This document shows, piece after piece, positions 30,954-41,664 of a stretch of DNA of 64,000 bases; positions within the stretch are counted from its first letter, which is position 1, and each line of letters starts with the position of its first letter. Both the position numbers and the translations under genes were made by a program. Origin of the DNA: a virus; the IMG/VR virus record IMGVR_UViG_3300013131_004463, positions 15,231 to 79,230 of that record, one strand, 5' to 3'. The notes under the pieces are model-generated. The model was not told the DNA's origin, did not search any database, and saw nothing but the letters and a program-made list of their open reading frames with translations.

Positions 30954-32369
30954 ATGAAAATAAATAATTTTAATTTAACTTTTAAATGGGATACTTTGAG
31001 GTCAATACCTGATTATTTTGGGGAATATGAAGATTTCCCTAGTTATGATGTTATTATAAAAAATGGCGAAGATGAATTAGTGCAGGAGTTTAAAAATGTT
31101 GAAGGTTATGAACCACACCTAGATCAAACTGCCAGAAGGATACCTGGCTGTCCCAAGATAAAATTCTATAGTAGTGTCTCTAAAAATAAAGCTAAAAATA
31201 TTTTTAAATATAATTTTTTAAATAATTTTTTAAAATATAAAGAATTAAAAAATAAATTAGGATTCTTTAAAAAATTAAAATTTCAAATTAAATACAATAA
31301 TTCAATTAATAATTTTGAAAAAGAAATAGAATATGATGAAATAGAAAATTTAAATAAAAATACCTTGTTTAATAAAATATACAGAAGCGCAGATTATATG
31401 AGCGCAAAAGTGTTAATAAATAAAAATTATTTTGATGAAAAAAACATACATTCTTTTCTAATTCTAAGTCAAATTTCTAATAAAATTTTAAAGAATAAAA
31501 AATTAAATAATTTATTTGTAGAGAATGTTAAAGAAAAATGGTTGGATGTTAGCGATTCAATAACTTTACTTACTATACCTTTTATGGAAACTGATATAGT
31601 AGAGATCTCAGAAAATTTAAACATTAAAATTATCCCATTAAACTATTTTCAGTCTGAAGTTTATAAATTTTTAATAGAACAAAACGAAAAACAAGAAGAC
31701 ATAAATAATTTATATGAGGATTTCTTCCCTAATCAAGTATTTGATATAGGTAAAATATATAAACAAGTATCTAATAATGAAACTGTAGCATTTTATCAAA
31801 ATTATATTTACTTATTTAATACAGACAGTATTGAGACTAGTTCTTTACAAACAGATTTAACTATTAATGGTATTGTTTTTAATAAATATCTACCCTTGCT
31901 TAACAAGGGTCAAGAAAACAAAACGGTATGTTTATCTGATGATTTAAACACGGACAATGTTCTTGATAACCCTTATAATTTACAAAAAGACTATTTGGGT
32001 TATTATGATAAAAATCTAATTGATTACGAAGATATTGCTATGGATGTTGATTATCTTCAAAATGAAGGTATAAGTAGGGTAAAAATACTTGAAGTTGAAG
32101 AATTAGCTAATACTTGTAATATTTATATCGAATTTATAACATCTTTCTATAACAATGAGAAGTTCTATATAGAAACTAGTAATAATCTTAAATTTTATGA
32201 AAAATATAAAACAACAATCGAAGATAAAGAATATATAACTTTGTTGTTTAAATATTCCTATAATTTAGAATACTTGAATCAATATTTATCACAAAATCTT
32301 AATATCAATAAGAATCAAATAATAGCTGAAAAAGATTTAATTAATTTTTCTGCTAAACTAATAGTTTAA
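30954..32369 (+). CDS. Hypothetical protein downstream of J
   Basis: 471-aa ORF, no recognised motif. Confidence 0.65.
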   Translation: MKINNFNLTFKWDTLRSIPDYFGEYEDFPSYDVIIKNGEDELVQEFKNVEGYEPHLDQTARRIPGCPKIKFYSSVSKNKAKNIFKYNFLNNFLKYKELKNKLGFFKKLKFQIKYNNSINNFEKEIEYDEIENLNKNTLFNKIYRSADYMSAKVLINKNYFDEKNIHSFLILSQISNKILKNKKLNNLFVENVKEKWLDVSDSITLLTIPFMETDIVEISENLNIKIIPLNYFQSEVYKFLIEQNEKQEDINNLYEDFFPNQVFDIGKIYKQVSNNETVAFYQNYIYLFNTDSIETSSLQTDLTINGIVFNKYLPLLNKGQENKTVCLSDDLNTDNVLDNPYNLQKDYLGYYDKNLIDYEDIAMDVDYLQNEGISRVKILEVEELANTCNIYIEFITSFYNNEKFYIETSNNLKFYEKYKTTIEDKEYITLLFKYSYNLEYLNQYLSQNLNINKNQIIAEKDLINFSAKLIV

Positions 32370-35300
32370 TTATTTTCTGAGTATACCGCCAGGTCTTTGC
32401 TGCTGAGTAATTACTTCTATTACTTGATTTTTAATTAAAGCAGCCAAAGATTTAGCTTCTTGATTTTTTTGTTGATTTTGCTCTTGAGCGCTTTGACTAG
32501 AGTCTTGACTAGTTTCGCCTACTGCTTGTCCATTAGCAACATTTACAGTTATGTTTATATTATTCGTAGGATTAGATGCTATATTTTTATTTAGTTCATT
32601 TAATGAATTACCAGCTATACCACCATTAGCAAATTTCTTAACTCTACCTGTATTTAAATCGTCAAAGAATTTTCTGCCGTAAGAATTAACCGCTTGTTTT
32701 CTCATTACAAATTCACCGTCCATTAATAGAGCTGGAATATCATCTTTACCACTAGAACCCCCATTTGCAAAACCTTGAATATATCCTCCGCTAGCTCTGC
32801 CGAATTTTAATCTTCCTCCAGAATATGGAGCAGTTTGAGTAGGTTTATAGGCAGTATTACCATCATCCGCTGGTCTTAGGTTCACATCGTGAACAGGACG
32901 AGCTCTTCTTACTTCTTTCGAACCCAAAGCTTCCCCTGCGCCGAATATACCTTTGAATCCTCCCATCTCACCAAACTGATTCATACCTGCGCCTAATAAG
33001 CCTAATCCAAAACTATATAATCCTCCTCGAAGTTTAGCATTTTTTTGTCGATTATATTCATCTCTAATCTCTCTGTTAATTCTTTGGTTTTCAGCATAAG
33101 CCTTTCGATTTTCCTCTTGGACACTCTCTACATAGTTTAAATAATCGTACAGAGCGGCTTCTCTATCTATTCGTCTTTGATTCTGTGGGTTATTTTCGTC
33201 AATTATAGCTCTTATACTTAATCTTTCATCAATAACGTCTTCTCCAGCAGTCGGGCGATTAGCGTCATTATATCTATAATTATTTGCTCCTATAAATTTA
33301 GCTTCACCACCATTAGCAAATTTTTTAACTTTCTTCTCTTTAAGATCAGTAGTAGGTGTTACAGCTCCAGGCATTTCTGAAATAGTCGCTTTTCCTCCTC
33401 CTCCCCCTGATAATGAGCCAATTGCCTGACCAAGAATTCCTTGAAAAATCGGCATCCCTACTAGCTGTCCTCCGAAAAAATTCTTCTGGACTTTTCCTTC
33501 ATTTAACATTTGTAAATATTCTGGACCATATTTCTTAACAGCACTTTTTCTTATAACATACTCACCAGCGCTTAGCATAGCTGGGATATCATCTTTTGTG
33601 CCTGATCCACCAGTTACATTGCCACCAGACGAATAACCTTTTATCATTCCACCTTTTGATTTAAACAAAGAACTAAAGAAGTCTCCAATACCCTCACTAC
33701 CATTAACACCAAAAATATTGCTAGTGCTACCGAAAAGGGAACCAAAAATTTGATTACTAGCAAATTCAAGCGACAATTGTTGTATTTTATCGCTTATATT
33801 TAAAGCCATTTTTGTAAATGCATCACTAGCGTTTTCTGTTCCATTAGCAAAAGATAAAAATGCGTTATTGAATTCGCTTTTTATTGTTCTAGCTGTATCA
33901 ATTGTGCTATTTTGAACATCTCTAAAGAATGTAGATGTATTATAATCAAAAGCATCAGTAAAGGCGTCTACGAAATCCATAGGTTTAGTATTTCCAAGTT
34001 TTATATCTTTTTCTCTAACTGCTTGTCTTCCGCTTAAAAATTCATCTGAAAATATTGAGCCTTCCGCGCTTTGAGCTAATAAAGCTAAGTTTTCTGCCGC
34101 AGCTTGCGTGGCAAGATCTAGTTTTACAAGATTATCTTTATATTTAGTTTCTAAACCAGCTCTAATTGTTTGGAGTTTATTACCAGCATCTTGCTGTCGT
34201 TTTGAATCTAGAATAGAAGTGTTTAATATATTAAATCCATTTGTTAAAGAAGTATTACTAGCATTTAACGCTTTTAATCTTGATTGGTAATCAGCCATTT
34301 GTCTTGTAGTTAACCCTCCCTGAGTCTTTATTAGATTTAATTGTTCTTGCTCAAGAGCTTTTAATCTTTCTTTTGCTAAAATTTTTGCTTGATCATCTAA
34401 TGTGTTTTCATTTATTGAATTAATGCCTTGTAAAGTTAAATCTGCAATTTCTTTTCGATAATCTGATGTTGTTTTTGTTGTTAATTCTTCTATATCTAAA
34501 CCTTCAAATCTGTTAGATCTTATGCTATCAATAGAGTCTTTAATAAGTTGTGAATTTTTTTCTTCTAAAAATATCTCGCCACTTCTGGCTTGTTGAATAA
34601 CGCTTAAACTTTTTACAGCGTTTGATAAAGCAGGGATTAATAAATTGACGTTTCCATTTAGTTTTTGAGTTAAGTCTGCTTCTATAGCTTTATATTTATT
34701 AACCGCTTCTTGTCTTAAAGCCGAGTCTGAAATACTTGAATTTAAAATATCAAAATTATTAGAAGAAATAGAAGCTTTTTGACCAGCTTTATCTAACCCA
34801 ACTCTGAGTTTAGAGAGTTGTTCGTCTGTTAGTTTTCCTTCCTTAGCAAGTGCATCTAATTCTGTTTTAAATTCATTTGAAAATTCGGTTATTAAACTTG
34901 TTCGTTTTAAATCTTCTTGAGTCCCTTCTGCAATTTTCGTTGCTGCAGATTTTGTTAAATTTTCAAGTATAGTTTGAGGGCTATATTGTTGTATAAATTG
35001 TGGATCTTTGAAAAGCTCAGCAAAGTTTGCTTGTTTTAATATTTCTGCTCCAGCTAATCTTCGCGCTTTTGCTTTAGCATTACCTTCTTCTGTTCCATCT
35101 CCTTGAGCGAAAAGTTCAGTTAAGGTTCTTGATAACTTTGTAAAAGAAAATATCCCTTTTGCAGCATTATCCATTGCTCTACCGGCTAGCTCTATGCTAC
35201 CGCCTAATTCTAAAAATTTTGCTATTACTTTATCTATTTTTTCTCTTGGATCTCCATCTCCTTCTAATATAGTTTTAATAGATTCTTTTATGCCTTTACT

Positions 35301-38300
35301 ATTTCTTTCTGTTATTTCTCCAGAAGTAACTAAACCACCAACAAAATTATCTAATTCGGCATTAAAATTCTTTAAGCTTTCTGCTGCTAAATCCGATGAT
35401 AGTTTTTGAATAGCAACGTTCTCTTTTTCTCCTTGAGTTAATTTTGCATAATTTTTTGGTACCGCATATTTTTCGAAAACTCCTCCGAAACCTTGAGATG
35501 ATCGAGTAATAGCTTCTGCATATGCAATATCCATTTGTTTTATTTTCTTATCTATTTGTTCTTGTGAAAATGGTAACATTCCTGTCTCCATAACACTTTT
35601 TGGTCCATTTTGAATACTAGTTAAATTTGTAAAGCCAAATGGATCACGAACATCGCCAAAAGGAAGTCCGTCTGCCAATGATTTCTCTAAATCTTTCATA
35701 CCTTTAGACGTAGTAAATGAAACTAATTCAACAGCATTAGCATATCCAGATAATGATCCAATTAATTTTTCATTATTAGAAAATAATTCTGCAAAAGTTT
35801 CTCCAGATTTTGTTCGTAACATGCCAAAAGCAGTAATATTTTCATCAAATGTATTTTTTAAATTTCCATCTTTTTTAAGTTGAGCTATTTTACTTGTGAA
35901 TTCATCTATACTTTTTGTAGACTCTTTTATTACAGAAGCTCTTCCTAAAGCTTCTCTTAATCTTTCTTCATCTCCAGATTCTATAGAGTTTATGATTTGA
36001 TCTTTTAGTTCAGGACCAACGTCATTAAGTATTCTTCCCAAGCTTGCTCGAGACTCTTTCTCTGCTCTTTGCAAGTCTTTATTTGTACCTTTTATTTCTC
36101 CAGTTTGTAGTCCTCGAATTTGGTCTCTAGAAGTTAAAAACCCTTGAACATTTTCATTAAATCTAGATAAATTATTTAAGGACTCAGCCGCTTGTTTCGC
36201 AAATTCTCCAGTTTTATCATTAACTATATCTAAAGCTTTTCTAAATCCTAAAACTGCCCCCGTTGCAGCACCGATAGCAATCCCCCATGGTCCAAATAAA
36301 GCTCCTGCTCCAGCAAAACTTGCAAATGTCCCAAGCCCTTCTGCCGCAGCTTGCGCATTTTTATCTCCTGGCCTAGAAGCAGCAATTGTTTGAGCAAGTA
36401 TTGGTGCGCCTATGCTTAAACCAATTCCAGCAGTCTGTAATCTTGCTCCACCAGCTTGTCTCGCTTGTTGGGCTCTACCTAAAGCTTCGGATGCTCTCTG
36501 TGCCCTTTCACCAGTTGTAGTGTCTCTAATTCTTTCTAATTCTCTTAATTGCCTACCTCCACCGATACCTAATCCTAAAAATCCTCCAGCAGATCTTTCT
36601 AAATTAGAAACATTTTGATTAAATGATTTTGTAGCATTTGCAACGCCTTGTAAACTACGATTCATATTTGTAGCGCTTTGATTTGTTAAATTATATTTTA
36701 AAGCTAGCGCGTCAACCTGCTTATTTGCATTTTTTAAACTTATTTGTTGATTTCTTAATTGATCTACGATTCCACGGAATTCTTTCTGTGCATCTGCTAG
36801 AAAAGTTTTTTGATATTGAAGCGCTGCTTGTTGGCTTGACATTCCGCCTCCGGCCATTGAAGCAACCATTGCGGGATTAACTTGCATAAATGGAGAAGCA
36901 AAATTAGGAATAAATCCTTCAGAAAAAGATCCTGCTTTTTTCGCAACATTAATATTTTTTTGCGCCGCAATTCCTTGTTTAATTCCATTTGGCTCATCTT
37001 CTGTATTATAAACTCCTACTCCTAATGGGTTATATGAACTTGTTAATCTATTATCCTGTCCAATTCTAATTTTGGAAGATGGTACTCCTGCGGCTAATTC
37101 TCTTTCTATTGCTGCATCAAGTGCGGAAAAATTAGGTATAAAACCAGAGTTTTTTAATCTTGGGGTAGGCAATAAAGGACGAGTAGTAGCGTCTCTATAA
37201 GCTTTATCTATTATTTCTCTCGCTTGTTCCGAAGTAATAGTTCTCTTTGCGTCAGCTTTTATTACAGGGGGAGTAAATCCAAATTTACTATTAAAAGATG
37301 TTGCTGGAGGAGAACTTTCTTCAAAATCAAACGGTTTTTGAGAAGCATCTTGATTAAAAGCTTGCTCTAACGCTCCTCCTCTTTTTGTTCCTAAATTTAC
37401 TGCAGCTTCAAAAATAGATCCCTCGGCGCCAGGAGGGAAAAGATTAATGCCTGGTTTTCTTGTATTAGAAACTAGTGTTGATTTAAATTTTGGATCAGGA
37501 CTAATTGGCCCAAAAATACTATTTGCTAAATTTGCTAAAGGATCTACGAATAATTTATTAATTTCTGTTGAAAAAGCGCCTTTACTATTAATTGTGCTAT
37601 TTTTTAAATCTTCTAATGTTCGAGCTTGAATTCCTTCAAATCTTATAATTCTTGGATCATTCTGATACCCTAAAGTATTAAATGAAGTTTGGGCGTTAAT
37701 TGCGCCTCTTCTTCCAGTCACGCCAACTATACCAAGATTTTGCGCTTTAAATGAAACAGTCTCTTTTGGTCCATTTTTCTTAAGCAAAGCTGGACTAGCT
37801 TTAATAGAGTCTAATTCTTTTCTTACTTCTGGAGATATATTATAACCTCTTTTTTTAATTAATTCTTCTACATCTATTTTAGATCTACTCGCTTCTGTTA
37901 TATATCTTTGAGCTTGTTGAAATGGATTTGCTGCAAAATTAGGAATAAATCCATCTGAAGCATAAGGATCAAAACCATTTTGATTAGTAAAATCTTTTTG
38001 ATATTGTTTTCCAGCTTTACTATTTTTAGGAGGAATAATCGCTGGTTGAGACATTCCAGGAAATTTTTTGACTTTTTCTGCAGAGTTATATATTACTCTG
38101 CCTTCTCCAGAAATATTCATTTCTTTTATTTTACCTGGTTTGTAACCTCCAGATAAAGCACCATATACTTCTGATAATGAGTAATTTGGTATAAATCCAG
38201 AAGATTTGGTAGTTATCTGACCACCTTTAACTCCTACGCCTCTTGTAACTAATGAAGCGCCAATAGTTGAAGATAATGCTGCAGCCTGGGTTCTTAAAGC

Positions 38301-39815
38301 ATTTTGCTCTTTCAATATTCTTAATATTTGATTTTCTACAGATAAAACCGTGACTTGTTTTGCATTAATCGCTGCAAGTAATTGAGGCTCTTGACTTAAA
38401 ACTTGATTAATTTTTGTTTGTAATTGAGCTCTAGCCTCAGCTTGTTGATTTATACCTAATAAAGCTTTTGCTCCAGACGCTGCAAATTTAGATAAATCTA
38501 AAGCAAGTTTTCCAATAACAGCAGTAATTAAAACTATTCCAGGACCAGATATAAATGTTGAAAGACCCTTTAATATACCCTCTCCTAGTCTACCTCCAAT
38601 ACTTTCACTATCTTGACTATTTATAAATTCTAAAACTTTATTAACGCTTTTTAAAACATTCTCTATAGCTGGTTGAAAAGCTCCAGAGCCTATTGTAGCG
38701 CTAAGTTGTGCAGTATTTGCTACAGTTCTATTAAATAAAGCAGCTATAGTTTCGTTTAAAGCTTGATTTCTTCTAATAGCTTCATCTGTAGATGATGTAG
38801 AAGTTTTTAGAGCTCTATCATATACAGAATATTCTTTACCTAGATCTCCTAAGGCAGCTTTTAGGACGTTAATTTGAAAAACTCCTCCAACACTTTCAGC
38901 AACTTGTGCTCTTTGAGAGTCTCCAAGAGTATCAAATGTTACGCCTAATTCTCTTAATATTTGTAGTGCTGGTAAAGTATTTCCTTCTAAATCTCTTACA
39001 GTTATTCCTAAAGATTGAAGTTGATCTAAGACGTCTGTTCTTTGTATTCTTGTAAAAATAGTTTTTAAAGAATTTCCAATAACTGCACCACCTCTAGCAG
39101 TAGTTTGCTGTACGCTAGTAACAATAGCTAATAATTCATCAAAATCAACATTAACATCTTGAGCCGAACTTCCTACTCGTTTAATTGCTTCTGCAAGATC
39201 CGCAGAACTTACGGCAAATGCAGCATCAACATTAGCTAATTTATTAATAATAGCAGTTGAATCTAAAGCTGATTTACTAAAGCTATTTATCGTTGCAGTC
39301 AAAGCTTCTACTGCGCTTAGAGTATCTAAACCGCTAAGACGAGTTAATATAAGAGCATCTCTGGTCCTTTTTAATGTTTCCTCTGCGCCGAGACCTTGAC
39401 GAGCAAGTTCTGTTGCAGCTTCTGCTACAGAGCGAAATGATTGGCCGGTATCTTTAGCTATATTAAATACTTCTGCACCAAATTTAGCTAGACCTTGGGT
39501 AGTCGTATTTAATATAACATTAATATCTGTGAGTGATTTTTGAACATCTACAGTTGTTCTAATTAAATCTGTAAAAGCTTTTTGTACTGTATAGATTAAA
39601 CCTGCGCTTGCTCCGAATGCAATAACGCGCGCATTTGATGCATCTAACGATTTTTGAAACTCATTTGCAGCGCCAGTAATTCTACCTAAAGGCTGAGTAA
39701 AATTCTTTTCGTTTAGTCCTTTAAATTTAAAATCACGAGATAACGCATTTTGTATATCTCTTTCGAGTTGTCTCGTGTCTGCACCTACTGAAATTGTAGC
39801 CGAAGTCCTAGCCAT
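32370..39815 (-). CDS. Tail tape measure protein (TP901-type N-terminal domain) with internal motif-delimited domains
   Basis: ELARQG, AVSSADLAEA, IGNSLKTIFTR; 2481 aa; follows the chaperone genes. Confidence 0.92.
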   Translation of the reverse strand: MARTSATISVGADTRQLERDIQNALSRDFKFKGLNEKNFTQPLGRITGAANEFQKSLDASNARVIAFGASAGLIYTVQKAFTDLIRTTVDVQKSLTDINVILNTTTQGLAKFGAEVFNIAKDTGQSFRSVAEAATELARQGLGAEETLKRTRDALILTRLSGLDTLSAVEALTATINSFSKSALDSTAIINKLANVDAAFAVSSADLAEAIKRVGSSAQDVNVDFDELLAIVTSVQQTTARGGAVIGNSLKTIFTRIQRTDVLDQLQSLGITVRDLEGNTLPALQILRELGVTFDTLGDSQRAQVAESVGGVFQINVLKAALGDLGKEYSVYDRALKTSTSSTDEAIRRNQALNETIAALFNRTVANTAQLSATIGSGAFQPAIENVLKSVNKVLEFINSQDSESIGGRLGEGILKGLSTFISGPGIVLITAVIGKLALDLSKFAASGAKALLGINQQAEARAQLQTKINQVLSQEPQLLAAINAKQVTVLSVENQILRILKEQNALRTQAAALSSTIGASLVTRGVGVKGGQITTKSSGFIPNYSLSEVYGALSGGYKPGKIKEMNISGEGRVIYNSAEKVKKFPGMSQPAIIPPKNSKAGKQYQKDFTNQNGFDPYASDGFIPNFAANPFQQAQRYITEASRSKIDVEELIKKRGYNISPEVRKELDSIKASPALLKKNGPKETVSFKAQNLGIVGVTGRRGAINAQTSFNTLGYQNDPRIIRFEGIQARTLEDLKNSTINSKGAFSTEINKLFVDPLANLANSIFGPISPDPKFKSTLVSNTRKPGINLFPPGAEGSIFEAAVNLGTKRGGALEQAFNQDASQKPFDFEESSPPATSFNSKFGFTPPVIKADAKRTITSEQAREIIDKAYRDATTRPLLPTPRLKNSGFIPNFSALDAAIERELAAGVPSSKIRIGQDNRLTSSYNPLGVGVYNTEDEPNGIKQGIAAQKNINVAKKAGSFSEGFIPNFASPFMQVNPAMVASMAGGGMSSQQAALQYQKTFLADAQKEFRGIVDQLRNQQISLKNANKQVDALALKYNLTNQSATNMNRSLQGVANATKSFNQNVSNLERSAGGFLGLGIGGGRQLRELERIRDTTTGERAQRASEALGRAQQARQAGGARLQTAGIGLSIGAPILAQTIAASRPGDKNAQAAAEGLGTFASFAGAGALFGPWGIAIGAATGAVLGFRKALDIVNDKTGEFAKQAAESLNNLSRFNENVQGFLTSRDQIRGLQTGEIKGTNKDLQRAEKESRASLGRILNDVGPELKDQIINSIESGDEERLREALGRASVIKESTKSIDEFTSKIAQLKKDGNLKNTFDENITAFGMLRTKSGETFAELFSNNEKLIGSLSGYANAVELVSFTTSKGMKDLEKSLADGLPFGDVRDPFGFTNLTSIQNGPKSVMETGMLPFSQEQIDKKIKQMDIAYAEAITRSSQGFGGVFEKYAVPKNYAKLTQGEKENVAIQKLSSDLAAESLKNFNAELDNFVGGLVTSGEITERNSKGIKESIKTILEGDGDPREKIDKVIAKFLELGGSIELAGRAMDNAAKGIFSFTKLSRTLTELFAQGDGTEEGNAKAKARRLAGAEILKQANFAELFKDPQFIQQYSPQTILENLTKSAATKIAEGTQEDLKRTSLITEFSNEFKTELDALAKEGKLTDEQLSKLRVGLDKAGQKASISSNNFDILNSSISDSALRQEAVNKYKAIEADLTQKLNGNVNLLIPALSNAVKSLSVIQQARSGEIFLEEKNSQLIKDSIDSIRSNRFEGLDIEELTTKTTSDYRKEIADLTLQGINSINENTLDDQAKILAKERLKALEQEQLNLIKTQGGLTTRQMADYQSRLKALNASNTSLTNGFNILNTSILDSKRQQDAGNKLQTIRAGLETKYKDNLVKLDLATQAAAENLALLAQSAEGSIFSDEFLSGRQAVREKDIKLGNTKPMDFVDAFTDAFDYNTSTFFRDVQNSTIDTARTIKSEFNNAFLSFANGTENASDAFTKMALNISDKIQQLSLEFASNQIFGSLFGSTSNIFGVNGSEGIGDFFSSLFKSKGGMIKGYSSGGNVTGGSGTKDDIPAMLSAGEYVIRKSAVKKYGPEYLQMLNEGKVQKNFFGGQLVGMPIFQGILGQAIGSLSGGGGGKATISEMPGAVTPTTDLKEKKVKKFANGGEAKFIGANNYRYNDANRPTAGEDVIDERLSIRAIIDENNPQNQRRIDREAALYDYLNYVESVQEENRKAYAENQRINREIRDEYNRQKNAKLRGGLYSFGLGLLGAGMNQFGEMGGFKGIFGAGEALGSKEVRRARPVHDVNLRPADDGNTAYKPTQTAPYSGGRLKFGRASGGYIQGFANGGSSGKDDIPALLMDGEFVMRKQAVNSYGRKFFDDLNTGRVKKFANGGIAGNSLNELNKNIASNPTNNINITVNVANGQAVGETSQDSSQSAQEQNQQKNQEAKSLAALIKNQVIEVITQQQRPGGILRK

Positions 39816-39874
39816 ACCTTATTCCTTTGCTACTATAAATTACACAAAATATACTTAATTATGATAGTTTTAAC

Positions 39875-40888
39875 TTATTTAACACCATGTAATTTCATTA
39901 GATCTTCCATACTTAAAACTCCACCCTTTTTTAAAGCCTCTTGATGTAAACTTACACCTTTTTGATTTTTGTTTATTTTTTCAAGATCTTCTTTGCTTGC
40001 TCCAATAATAGAAGTACCTACAGCGCCTTCGCTCTTTTTATTTTCTTTTGAGACGTTTTTATCTAAAACCTCTTCTAAATTTCTTGAACTTTCTAACCAA
40101 TCAATTAATTTATCTGGATCTTCGTATAGGTCATCAGAAGGTTTATTCTTTGCTTCAGTTATAATACTCTTAAAATATCTTGCATATCCAAATACCTCAA
40201 CTTGATAAAAAGTAAGATGCATAATTGGTTTACCATAAAAATAATAAGGATTATCTTCGCTAATATTGAAAAGATTTAAATAAAAAGGAGACAACGCTAT
40301 CTTCTTAAGGTTTTTATCAAAGAAATCTTTATTAAATTCATCATATATTTTTAATATATTTACAATATCTTTATCTTCTAATTCATCGAATTCGTTTTCG
40401 GAAAAATATGTATTTTTTAAATTTTCATCTTTATATAATGAATTCTTTATGTAATATTCATTTATTTTTTTGTTAGCATAGTCTTCTGCTGTAAATCCAA
40501 TTAATTCTTTCTTTTCTGATTTTAATTTATTTAATTTTAAATTTTCTTCATTAATTTGAACATTTATGGATTTAATTTCTTCACTTCTAAATAATTTTGA
40601 TTTTGTAGTTTTCAAGTTAGATATATAAAAGCCTATTTTGTCTATCTCTTTGTTTTTTTCTTCTGACCATAGTTTTTCTTTAATAATATATTTATCTTGA
40701 TCTTCTATAGTTGGAAGTCCCCCTTGAATTGCTTTATTTTTAAATTCTTCTTTTTTGTGATCAGCATCGCCAGAATCAAAACTTGTTTGATGTTTGATGA
40801 ATATTTTATCTTTACCAAACGCTCTAATAGAATATCCTCTAAGGACATCTATAAAAATTAATCTTAATTTATTCTTGTCATGAATCAA
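39875..40888 (-). CDS. Probable tail assembly chaperone
   Basis: Helical and charged; directly upstream of the TMP. Confidence 0.5.
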   Translation of the reverse strand: MIHDKNKLRLIFIDVLRGYSIRAFGKDKIFIKHQTSFDSGDADHKKEEFKNKAIQGGLPTIEDQDKYIIKEKLWSEEKNKEIDKIGFYISNLKTTKSKLFRSEEIKSINVQINEENLKLNKLKSEKKELIGFTAEDYANKKINEYYIKNSLYKDENLKNTYFSENEFDELEDKDIVNILKIYDEFNKDFFDKNLKKIALSPFYLNLFNISEDNPYYFYGKPIMHLTFYQVEVFGYARYFKSIITEAKNKPSDDLYEDPDKLIDWLESSRNLEEVLDKNVSKENKKSEGAVGTSIIGASKEDLEKINKNQKGVSLHQEALKKGGVLSMEDLMKLHGVK

Positions 40889-41664
40889 GTTGCAACTTCC
40901 GCTTTATCATTTTTATCTTCGTCAGAATCAATTAGTTTGACTAATTTTTCAAATTCTTCTTGAGAAGAAGCTCTTCCAGTATACCAAAAGCTTATCAGGT
41001 ATACAAATTTCGATAGAGCTTTTCTTTCCCAAGAATCTTCGCTTTTTTCTTCTACTAAATCGTATGCTTCTAATTTTTCCTCATAAGATGATCCTTTGAA
41101 TAAATCTTGAAATTTTCCTTCATCGTCTTGCAATTGGCTTAACTGCAAAACCCACCACATAATAGTTTTATTTCTAGCTCTATTTTCGGCAGTTTGCTCG
41201 AATAGACTTGCTTGAGCAAATTCATAGTCTTGCAATTTTTCTCTTGTTTGCGCGATTTCTTTTATAATTCTTTTGTATTCACTTTTTTCAGATTCGCTTC
41301 TATCTTTTTCTTCTTTTAAAGAAACCCTTTGGAATTCTGTTTGTAATTCAAAGAGTTTAACGTATAGCTTTGTGTATTCTTCTTTATCAGAATCACTAAA
41401 TACTCCTCCGTCATTGCTAAATCTTTTAGCTAAAAGAGCTCTAGTTAAAAGGCCAGCTTTAATGCCTTCTGAAAGACGAACTCCGAAAAATAGCTCCGCT
41501 TCATCAAAAAGGCCTCTGCTAGGTTTTTTAATTGATAGCTTTATTGGCGCATTGACTTTTATTTTAGAAGTAATTTTAACTTCTTCGCCTTTTTCATTTG
41601 TAGAAACATCTACTTTTTCGACTTCTTTTTCTTGATTAATAGTAAATTCATACATTGTTTTCAT
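40885..41664 (-). CDS. Probable tail assembly chaperone
   Basis: Located between tube and TMP; coiled-coil character. Confidence 0.5.
   Translation of the reverse strand: MKTMYEFTINQEKEVEKVDVSTNEKGEEVKITSKIKVNAPIKLSIKKPSRGLFDEAELFFGVRLSEGIKAGLLTRALLAKRFSNDGGVFSDSDKEEYTKLYVKLFELQTEFQRVSLKEEKDRSESEKSEYKRIIKEIAQTREKLQDYEFAQASLFEQTAENRARNKTIMWWVLQLSQLQDDEGKFQDLFKGSSYEEKLEAYDLVEEKSEDSWERKALSKFVYLISFWYTGRASSQEEFEKLVKLIDSDEDKNDKAEVAT

Noticed and set aside
39875-41664. Programmed -1 frameshift between tail chaperones
   Set aside because: No clear slippery heptamer near the junction; the downstream ORF has its own TTG start in a TTGA overlap.
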